From: Eledone cirrhosa
Lineage: Eukaryota
Length of the DNA stretch: 64,000 bases
Direction of reading: 5' to 3'
Assembly: GCA_964016885.1 (NCBI GenBank)
Contig: OZ024740.1
Location: forward strand, 290,842,001 to 290,906,000
The notes beneath the pieces are model-generated. The model ran no database searches, was not told the DNA's origin, and was given only the letters and a program-made list of their open reading frames with translations. Shown here one piece after another: positions 46,501 through 55,667 of this stretch; the stretch's first letter is position 1; the number at the start of each line of letters is the position of its first letter. The position numbers were made by a program, and so were the translations under genes.

Positions 46501-47787
46501 CCCCAAATAAAAAGCGGACCCCCACCCCAAATAAAAAACGGATCCCCCCAAAGAACGGACCCCGCTTCCCCAATTAAAAAAGGATACGCCCCACCGAAAA
46601 AAAAAATAAAAAACGGACACCTAAATAAATAACGGACCCCTCCAAAAAAAAATCAGATCCCTAAATAAAAACGGACACACAAATAAAAAAACTGATTCCA
46701 AAATAAAAAACGGATACCCAAATAAAAAACGGACACTAAATGAAAAACAGACCCCACCTATAACCCCCCCCCCCCAACCACCACGACACACACACACACA
46801 CACACACACCAAATAAAAAAGGGATCGCCAAATAAAAAACGGACCCCACCCCAATTAAAAAACGGAACTCCCAAATAAAAACGGACACCCCCAAATAAAA
46901 AACGGATACCCAAATAAAAAACGGATCCTCAAATAAAAAACGGATCCCCAAATAAAAAACGGACCCCCAATTAAAAAACGGATTCCCCCAAATAAAAAAC
47001 GGATCCCCAAATTAAAAACGGATCCTCTCCCAAATAAAAAACGGACCCACCCCCCAAATAAAAAACGGACCCCAAATAAAAAGCGGACACCAAATTAAAA
47101 AATGGATCCCCAAATAAAAAACGGACACCCAAATAAAAAACGGATCCCCCCAAATAAGAAACGGATACCCCAATAAAAAACGGACGCCCCGCCCTATAAA
47201 AAACGGCCCCCTCTAAATAAAAAACAGATCCCTAAAAATAAACGGACACCCAAATAAAAAACGGATTCCCAAATAAAAAACGGATCCCCCCCCAAAAAAC
47301 GGACACCTAAATAAAAACGGATCCTCAAATAAAAAACGGATTCCCCCAAATAAAAATTGGATCCCCAAATAAAAAACGGACCCCCAAATAAAAAAAGGAA
47401 CCCCAAATAAAAAGCGGACACCCATATAAAAACGGACCCCCACCCCAAATAAAAAACGGATCCCCAAAAAAAACGGACCCCGCTTCCCCAATTAAAAAAG
47501 GATACGCCCCACCCAAAAAATAAAAAACGGACCCCTAAATAAATAACGGACCCCTCCAAATAAAAATCAGATGCCTAAATAAAAACGGACACACAAATAA
47601 AAAACTGATTCCAAAATAAAAAAACGGAACCCCAAATAAAAAACGGACACCAAATAAAAAACAGACCCCCAAAATAAAAACGGACCCCCAAATAAAAAAT
47701 GGACCCCTAAATAAAAAACGGAAACCCAAATAAAAAACGGACACCCAAATAAAAACGGATCCCCCCAAATAAAAGAAGGATCCCCAT
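37600..47787. repeat. Junction-proximal satellite domain of diverged ~1.8-2.4-kb units
   Basis: Marker acctataac(C)n...accacg.(CA)n at ~38,271, 40,684, 42,556, 44,373 and 46,756. Marker agaaagccaacacacat at ~38,701, 40,967, 42,836 and 44,985. Confidence 0.8.
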
Positions 47788-48361
47788 CAACCTAGCATTG
47801 GAGCAAACTTCCTTTGGGCTCACTCACTGCTGGCCGATAATCAGGGGAGACGACTATTATATACAAATGCTTAGATAACATTATAAATTGCTCGTCGAGG
47901 TTAACTTTACCTTTCATCCTTATGGGGTCGACAAAATAAAGTACCAGTAATGTAGTGGTAATTGCTGGCCTTGTACCAAAAGTAGAAACACTGAAAAATT
48001 GCTCGCGATTTATTCAGAAAGATATATTCTTTTAATGTTACAATAATGTTCTTCTGAACGAATTTCGAGCAATTTATAATGTTATTTACGCATTTACAAT
48101 GTTATTTATGTATATATGTAAAACATATTTGCAATATTACCCTTCTGTAAATTAATACAATTGTAAAGGCGATATCCAATTTTAGTGGACTAAATGCTGC
48201 TTTCGTGCTGTAGTTGCTGTTTACTTCAATGTATGAGGCTATTCCAACAAATTTACATTCCCCTTTTTTTAGCCGTTAAAAGAAATATAGATTTATTTAT
48301 TGTTTTTGGTTTTTTTTGCGATTTATTTGCCACTGGGGCATAGATTTCTTTATTTGCCACG
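47783..48361 (+). repeat. Left arm of long inverted repeat (579 bp)
   Basis: cccatcaacctagcattggagc...tatttgccacg is the reverse complement of 48,743-49,304, with about ten substitutions, small indels and one ~17-bp indel. Confidence 0.97.
47895..47995 (+). mobile_element. 5'-truncated tRNA-derived SINE (family A) with 10-bp target-site duplication
   Basis: cgaggttaactttacctttcatccttatggggtcgacaaaataaagtaccag matches the fuller copy at 55,274-55,452. Flanked by aaattgctcg at 47,885-47,894 and 47,996-48,005. Confidence 0.85.
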
Positions 48362-48712
48362 GGGGAAGTTTTTACAAAAATCAAGTCCAAACATTTAACG
48401 AGTGATTAAAAAGGAATATAAAAAATTAAGTCCTCAATAGAGAGGCAGCCTTTTGGGGTCACACACACCCCCGTAGAAAGTGTGCGACTTTTCTGCCAGG
48501 GAGCACAGAGAGAGGGGGTGCTCCCTTCTTCTCTTACCTGTACAAGCCGATATAGAGAGATGGCCCACTTACACGGGCCATTATTGCTACTTTCACCCAT
48601 CTTTCATGGAATTGGCTGGGACTGAGTGCCTTTCTCTCCACCTTGATCCTTCTTTCGAAGTGGTATCGGAAGAAGAGGACCATTTGTTGGCCGGCGACAT
48701 ATCCCCACAGAT
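48300..48712 (-). mobile_element. Probable 3' end of an L1/Tx1-like LINE (ORF2 C-terminus, 3'UTR, AATAAA + A-rich tail)
   Basis: Minus strand reads ...GQQMVLFFRYHFERRIKVERKALSPSQFHERWVKVAIMARVSGPSLYIGLYR*, resembling Tx1-type ORF2 ends (recall, not searched). Followed by a stem-loop (gggagcac/gtgctccc, 48,499-48,525), a T-rich UTR and gtggcaaataaa...(A)n. Confidence 0.5.
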
Positions 48713-48742
48713 CGGCAAAAAAATCAAACAAACAAACAAAAA

Positions 48743-49304
48743 CGTGGCAAATAAAGAAATCTATGCCCCAGTGGCAAATAAATCGCAAAAAAAAAAAACA
48801 ATAAATAAATCTATATTTCTTTTAACGGCTAAAAAAAAAAGGGAATGTAAATTTGTTGGAATAGCCTCATACATTGAAGTAAACAGCAACTACAGCAAGT
48901 AAGCGGCATTTAGGCCGCTAAAATTGGATATCGCCTTTACAATTGTATTAATTTACAGAAGGGTAATATTGCAAATATGTTTTACATATATACATAAATA
49001 ACATTGTAAATGCGTAAATAACATTATAAATTGCTCGAAATTCGTTCGGAAGAACATTATTGTAACATTAAAAGAATATATCTTTCTGAATAAAATGTTT
49101 CTACTTTTGGCACAAGGCCAGCAATTACACACTACATTACTGGTACTTTATTTTGTCGACCCCATAAGGATGAAAGGTAAAGTTAACCTCGACGAGCAAT
49201 TTATAATGTTATCTAAGCATTTGTATATACGAGTCGTCTCCCCTGATTATCGGCCAGCAGTGAGTGAGCCCAAAGGAAGTTTGCTCCAATGCTAGGTTGA
49301 TGGG
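48743..49304 (-). repeat. Right arm of long inverted repeat (562 bp); 381-bp spacer at 48,362-48,742
   Basis: cgtggcaaataaagaaatc...gctccaatgctaggttgatggg pairs with 47,783-48,361. Confidence 0.97.
49096..49192 (-). mobile_element. Inverted duplicate of the same truncated SINE (3' TSD copy deleted)
   Basis: Reverse complement of 47,895-47,990. Only one TSD copy (cgagcaattt, 49,193-49,202) remains. Confidence 0.85.
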
Positions 49305-49570
49305 CATCAGCGACGGTGATATTACTGTGAATCTCTGTGGAGGAAGAGAGAACGGTATCTGTAAGCTTTGGTTGTAGAATCATTGGCAGCTGCCACTGGC
49401 TCCCCTCTCTATAACGGAGGTCGTTTGCAGATGCCGAGATGACACTGACTTCTACTGTGTAGATTAAGAATCTGACTGGAGATCTGATCATAGACATACA
49501 GGACAGTTGATCATGTTTGCCGACCACGAGGGTGTTTATTGGTGGTTGGTCCTAGAGTTTCTCCCGGAGT
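49233..49570 (-). pseudogene. Decayed Ty3/Gypsy LTR-retrotransposon aspartic protease (retropepsin) fragment
   Basis: Minus strand (frameshifted) gives LYVYDQIS.RFLIYT-VEVSVISAS (cf. FLxDTGAEVSVIP) and VADAHQPSIGANFLWAHSLLADNQGRRLV (cf. VADVxxPIIGADFLxxHxLLVDxxxRRLV). The catalytic DTG is destroyed. Confidence 0.8.
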
Positions 49571-50914
49571 CGATGATCAAGAGCTATTGAAGTTACATGG
49601 TTACTTGGTATCCTTTGCTTCAAATTTCTGTGCAATCCTATTGTCTGCAGAGAGAATTCAACTGGCCAAAATTGCGTTGTACCTGTAATTCTATGTGTCA
49701 TATTGAATCTCCCTGAGAACTATGTAATGCATGTCTGTGGTGTTCATGAACAATCTGTTCCATTGATCAAATCAACTAAAACACTTGTCGGAACTGACAG
49801 GGGTCCAAATTCTCATACTTAGTGTATCTAGAACTAGATTATCTATTATGCCCTTCCTTTATTAAGCTTGTAGGGTGTGATTTAGGGAAAATATAGCCGC
49901 TGTTTTTATCTGATTTGATAGTAAAAACAGCTGCTAACTCTTGACAGGAAATCCAGTCTCATTTATAGAATTCCAACAATGCTAGGCTGATGGTTTGCTT
50001 AAGGATGGACTCTGATAAATAAAGCAATTAAAATTCCTAAGCAATGCATTCCCCACAAGTTGTCACAGTTGCTATTTAGCACATTTTTAACAAAAAACAA
50101 AACAAACAAATGTACGAATGAAATGTGCAATATCCTTATAAAATAACTTAAATAACACACACATACATATATATATATATATACATATTTCAAAGCACCA
50201 AGCTGGTATCTGGAAGATACAGTGTTCAATTCCTCGTAGCAGCTGATGTCAACTTCCTTTTCTGTCTATGGACAATAGCACCAATGTTAATCTATATGAT
50301 GCTGTATGTCCATAATTCTCATCAGGGAAAAAAATGAACATTGGTCAGTCCAAAATCATTTGTCCAACCATTTGTCAGAAGCTGGTTACCTAGCCACATT
50401 TCATCCACCTTCATCTCAAGGATGAAGCCATTGACCACTTGAAAGGTTGTCACCAAGGTGACTAAGGAGTCTCATCTACTCTGGTTTTGAAATCAGAGTG
50501 ATCCTTCTCCTAGACAGGCAACCAACCAATGCTAATGGGCTCTCTTTACCTGAATTTAGAAAATTTCATGAATAAAACTATGATGAAAGGTTTTAATATA
50601 AGAATAAACATTAAAAAATGAGCAGTTTTGTATTATAAATACAAGGCAGTTCCAGTCAGTTTGGTATCAAAAAGGTTGAGATACTTAAGAATTCTTATGT
50701 GATGCAGCCACATAGGTGTGGACCATAATAACGACATAGCCTGATGTTATCAACACTCAAATGTATTAGTAACATTTTACTGTAATCTGTTGATCACTTA
50801 CTAGAGGCAGCAGTAGTTTAAAACCTAACAGTTCAGAGATATTATTATGGCTAGCTTGTTAGAATTTTAACCTTTAGCAATAGCATTATACTGATTGTTT
50901 AGGCAACTTACTGA

Positions 50915-52310
50915 ATATATACTGACCCTTGTTGAACTCCCATCCACATGAAAGATTCATCACTGTTCTCATTTTAACCTACATTTTGCTAAACACACTC
51001 CTGTACATGGCTTGTACAGCTCTCACAAGCCATTCAGCTACCCTTAGCTGACTACACTCCTGTACATGGCTTATACAGCCCTCACAAGACAGTCAACTAT
51101 TCCTAGCTGTCTGAGAGCTCACCAGATTATAGAGTATGGGAGTCTGTCCAAGCCCTTTTCATCAATAAATAAGTGTAGAGGCTTATTTTTAGCTAAGTAC
51201 TTCTGCATTTGTCTCCACGGGAAGATATTATTAGTAGTCCTCACTGACATAAAACGTAACAGCATCTTATGAAGATTAATTTTAACCATAATCAATTTTA
51301 TTGTCACCTTTTCTGTAACTTTCATAACCCTAAAAATTTGATGCCTCTTTTATCCATATAGTAGTTGAAAATGATGCTCCTATGCATTCATTGGGTATGA
51401 TGTATTTCTACACTACCGCATGTACTATATGAGTGACTAGTTTCTCTTTGATAATCACCAAATGTCTAGCTGAATTTCCTACCTCAATTTCTTTAATCAC
51501 CTTATCTACAATACTGTTGTCAATTGAGTTTACTTGGGGTACACCCTCACTCTCCTATTTGTTTTTCACATTCAACAACCTCTCATTACAACACTTCCAA
51601 GCTTCCTTCTTTCTGGCATCAGTAACATTAAGTGAGCTACTCTTGTTTTATACACACTTCTCTTCCATGACATCTTGGCTTTCTCTTCTAGACTGTCTTG
51701 CAATTAGAAACATTTCATGCTGTAGAATAATGGCAAACCTCTTTCTTTTTACATCTTCTCTTGATAGATAGGCCTGGACCCTAACATCTCTTCAAGCTAC
51801 CTGATATTGTTCCCTGTTACCTCTCACCTTCCAGACTTTCCAAGCTTCTTCCTTATCTTTTATGGCCCAATCTTTCACCTGGCTAATACTTCATCCTATC
51901 TACAGATCTCATCTGTGGTTCTCAGTAGGTTGTCTCATAGGAGTTCCTAGATGTCCTCTATGTTATAAGTAACTAGCTCCTCATCCTCCTTGTCAAAAAC
52001 TACCTCCAGTATATTTCTAAACCTTTGGCTATTTGAAGGCTCTTTAAGCCTCCATATCTTTCTTTTCTATGCCATCTTAGTCTTCTGTATGTTTCTAGCT
52101 GGTAATCTAAACTTACTAATCCCTAACCTATGTTAAGAGGTGTATCCTTCCTTAGGGAAACTTTTACTATTTACAACCATCTACCTATCATGTTTTCTAG
52201 TGAGAATAAAGTCTATCTAGCTTGTGTGTTTGTCTGATTTGTAGGTGATCAAATAGCCGATTGGTTTCCTGAAGTTTATGTTACAGATTGTCAAGTCATT
52301 TGCATCACAC
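50915..52310 (-). mobile_element. Decayed RTE-clade LINE internal fragment (end of endonuclease to RT)
   Basis: Minus-strand motifs CDANDLTICNINFRKP, IDFILTRK, MKVTEKV, QKYLAKNKPL..EKGLDRLPYSIIW and GVQQGS, with many stops/frameshifts. Homologous to 60,342-61,266. Confidence 0.85.
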
Positions 52311-52930
52311 TTCTTGAGTGCTTTGTCAATTTTAAAGAAGGTAGTGCAACTATTAGACAAGCCTAGATATATCAAAACAAACAAACAAATATTTGTTCAG
52401 TAAAAACAAATCAAAATTCAAGATAGAATTCAAATATATAATTGAATTTTTTAAAAAAAATCTTACATGAGTGATAAGAGTTTGAATTACGTTTAATTGC
52501 AAACAATAGAATATGTTTTTTCAACAAAGATATTCAGTGAAAATTATTCTGTTGTTTAATTTTAATATAAAAATATATTTTAAAGAAAAAAATTTGATTT
52601 ACCTCGAAAATTGAGTAAATAAGCTTTACTCAATCAGAGTGTACAGAAATATTTACACATTTATTGTTTGAATTAAAAAAAGTTTATGAGTAGCATATTT
52701 GTTTGTTTTAAATATTACATCTCAGCCATTTTATTTATGTGTAAGCAAAATCAAACATTCAAAGTCTTGAAACGATTACCAACTATTTTCTATATACCAA
52801 ATTTCTGTAGAGAAGTGATGTAGACAAATAACTCTTTATTTTACAAAACCTTTTCTCTTTTCCCAACTCAATGTGAGGATTCTCTTCTGTTGTCAACTTT
52901 GGGCAATTTTTCTTTCATTTCATTTACTGA

Positions 52931-53075
52931 ATTGAGCTGTTATAACAGCTTTACTATATATTGAACTATAAAACAGCTTTACTATACATTGAGCTGTTAA
53001 AACAGTTTTGTTATATATTGAGCAATTATAATAGTTTTGCTATAAATGAGCTTTTATAATAATTTTGCTCTACAT
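52931..53075. repeat. Minisatellite, ~5 x 28-29 bp, with palindromic core
   Basis: attgagctgttataacagctttactatat and four diverged copies. The first contains the perfect palindrome agctgttataacagct. Confidence 0.85.
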
Positions 53076-54047
53076 TTCACATCCAACTTTGAAATTAACA
53101 CAAACAAATCTTAGTCCACACGATTTTATTATCTTTAGTTTTTGCCATTAATTACTTCTAAATTACTAATTACTCTCTAAATCTAAATTCAGAGTAATCC
53201 GAATCTGGGTTTGACTCTCAGCATGATATAAGATAGTCCAACCCATACAAAAACGAATATAAAAGGATGATAATGCCCTAAATCTTATTTGCTCCTTAAC
53301 TCTTTTCTAATTCTATTTCTGTCATAATTATCATCATCTAATAACTTCAATTTCACTGAGAAATGTAGACTGTAATATTTCAGGCCTTGTCCTTCACATG
53401 AGAGCGAGGGAAAAGAAAAAATAGTGATGCTATCGTTTAGTTTGAATATATTGAGAAACTCATGCTAAAAATGGAATGAACATGTGAGAGGAATTTCTCC
53501 AAACCATTTAGGATCTGCCAATCCCTGCCCACAAGGAAAGCAGTCACAAAATGATGATGCTTGTAGATTTCAATTAATTTTTAAAATATTTACAAATAGA
53601 GAAAGATTTTATAAATAAGGTAACTTTTCCATTAATTAGCTGATATTTTGAGAATAACTTAACAAAAGAGTCTCTTTAAATCAGGTTTTATATCATAGAA
53701 TCAGGCAGATTGGTACAGAAAAAATTAAACAATTGGCACCAAGAGTTTGTAGAAAAAATAAGTTGGATTAAATGTTTTATAGTACTTAGTTTTGTTTTTT
53801 CTTGTTCTAACTGCGAATCTTACATTGACTGATCTCACTTTTTATTCTAGAAACTATTTCTATTGAAAATACTCCTTCCTCTGGTTTTGTACCTGACAGA
53901 TAGAGATTATAATAATGATTTTCAGGCAATCGATACTGGTTTTGTTTTTTGTTACAATTTACACCTATGTAGGTTTAGCTAACCTCCTAAGAGGTTGCAT
54001 ATCATAGGAATTTTCTTAGATGTTTTAATGATAGGGGCTCCAGACAC

Positions 54048-54315
54048 ATCATCATCATTTTTATGTTAGCTTTTCTATGCTTGCATAAAAAGGACAGGTT
54101 TTCTCCAGTACAGCTTTTCTCTATCATTATGCTCCTTTGACATCTCCTCTGTGATCATTCTAAGATCAGCTTTATAATTCTACCTCATCTGCAGTTTTTG
54201 TCCACTTGAAACTCCTGACACTTCTTCACCTTATGATCATCATCCATATCAACACAATCTTCTCTCCTGCACGTTACACCTGATTCCCTTTATGCCTACC
54301 ATGTCTTCATTTTTT
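54048..54315 (-). mobile_element. Decayed 3' fragment of RTE LINE with (GAT)n tail
   Basis: Minus strand GIKGIRCNVQERRLC*YG matches GIRCCLLERRLRWYGH at ~61,915. (CAT)3 at 54,048 and ttttctatgcttgcat match the RTE 3' tail. Confidence 0.7.
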
Positions 54316-54364
54316 CCAGTGACAAGAAGAGGGATTTGAATTCAGAATACACAGAGCTAGACAG

Positions 54365-54445
54365 GTATTTTATTTATGAAACCTGAAAGGATGAAAGGCA
54401 AAGTTGATCTCAGCAGGATATGAACTCAGAGCACAAGGAGCCAAT
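54365..54445 (-). mobile_element. SINE family A fragment
   Basis: gaaaggatgaaaggcaaagttgatctcagcaggatatgaactcag is the reverse complement of the family A core with B box. Confidence 0.75.
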
Positions 54446-54725
54446 GTTTAATGACAGCCAATTTGCAACTTCAGTGATAGTTCTAGCATCACCTCATTAT
54501 ACTTACTAATATATAGATTTTCTGATAAGGAATAGTGAATGGAGAGATGTGTGGATTAATAGAGCTATACTAAATGATAGTAAAAAAAAAACTGGAAATA
54601 GCAATAGAAATTCTATTCCATACATTGAGATTGGTTGATAAATGAAAATGAAAAGGATCAGATTCTATTTACAAAAGTGAATGCTGTATGAATATATGAA
54701 AAAAATGTTTTTTATTGGTTTGGTT

Positions 54726-55078
54726 TGGCCAGTGAGACTGACATAGTTAATGTTCTTTTTAAAGCGTTTCTTAAACAGGCTGCAGTAAAAACATGTGCAA
54801 TGAGGGAATTTCCAAAGGACTGACACTGTAGTGAGGAAGAACTGGGTGTAGTGCTTAGTACAGGTTCTGGGTTTGGGAGACAGTAAGGATGATAAGAGTT
54901 GAGTGGGTCAGCATTGCCTGAGTGGAGATAGCATGAGACCAGCAAGCTTTTAAGAGCAAAGTTCACTGTAGTAGTGGTAGAAAAAGTAGAGAGGAGGACA
55001 ATATAAGTATGGACCAGAAGTTGGATTGTGTTAGTATGTGACTTCATACCAATCAGTTTGATGGCCTTTCCTTGGTTA
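54726..55078 (-). mobile_element. Decayed non-LTR retrotransposon 3' fragment (CR1/L2/Jockey-group C-terminus)
   Basis: Frameshifted minus-strand translation QGKAIKLIG...FYHYYSELCS*KLAGLM...FFLTTVSVLW...FKKNIN resembles the conserved CR1-group ORF2 tail. Confidence 0.55.
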
Positions 55079-55273
55079 CAAAAGAAAAAGAGTAAACAAA
55101 CATCAAGAAGATTTGTAACCAGAATGGAAGAGAATAAGATAATATTTACAGAGTGAAAGATAATAGAAGAGTTCAGACAACAAAATGTTGCTGATTAGAA
55201 AATATACAAATCGATCACTGGATAGGAAATCAATTAAAGCTAGATTAATTTGTAATGTTAACTTGTCATCATT

Positions 55274-55452
55274 ATTGGCAGTATCAGTAGAGGGTCGGAC
55301 GCCATGCTTTGCAGCAAAGAGTTACGGCCCTTTATGGTATGAGTTCAAATCCCGCCGAGGTTAACTTTGCCTTTCATCCTTACGGGGTCGATAAAATAAA
55401 GCACCAGTAATACACTGGGATAATTGCTGGTCTTGTGCCAAAAGTATAAACA
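55274..55452 (+). mobile_element. tRNA-derived SINE family A, near full length
   Basis: A-box-like tggcagtatcagtag, B box gagttcaaatccc, body ttaactttgcctttcatccttacggggtcgataaaataaag and tail gctggtcttgtgccaaaag. At least 6 related copies in the window. Confidence 0.85.
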
Positions 55453-55667
55453 ATTATCATCTGAATGTTGTATGTATATAGTGGAGTAGTTAGAAGTTCT
55501 AAGAACATACAAATGTCTTATCCTGCCTTAACAGAGACAATCTCTATTGTAGAAAAAAAAAAAGAAAAAAAAAGTAGGATGTATTGGATAATGTAGCCCT
55601 CAACACAGAAAATATGACTGGATGGTCATAGGTCTGCTTCATTAGAGCTGACCTAAGACTAAACAAG

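Larger units (their letters stand above)
1..47787. repeat. Tandem satellite array, ~19-20 bp monomer (near-constant AAATAAAAAACGG core + variable C-rich linker), with higher-order structure; open at window start
   Basis: Continuous repeats such as cccaaataaaaaacggaca and ccccaaataaaaaacggat from base 1 to ...aaaagaaggatccccat (47,787). One orientation throughout: + strand A/C-rich, - strand G/T-rich. No transposon insertion seen inside. Confidence 0.99.

Noticed and set aside
215-47768. Hundreds of overlapping minus-strand ORFs up to 619 aa, rich in F/G/W/Y/I
   Set aside because: Artefact: the + strand rarely contains TTA/CTA/TCA, so all three minus frames lack stops. The 19-bp period cycles the same peptides through all frames, and indels do not preserve frame. 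They do not resemble reflectin, suckerin or membrane proteins.
1-47787. CRISPR-like constant repeat + variable spacer appearance
   Set aside because: Linkers are only ~5-20 nt, low-complexity, related to each other and reused. There are no cas genes and the context is eukaryotic.
48480-48902. 140-aa plus-strand ORF
   Set aside because: Antisense to a LINE-like remnant, crosses the inverted-repeat junction and poly-A runs, and has no recognisable domain.
49894-49936. Short hairpin gctgttttta/taaaaacagc
   Set aside because: A 10-bp AT-rich stem with no supporting context; plausible by chance or part of a decayed repeat.
52379-52708. 14-bp inverted repeat aaacaaacaaatat as possible MITE ends
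   Set aside because: Low complexity in very AT-rich DNA, with no TSD and no extended symmetry.
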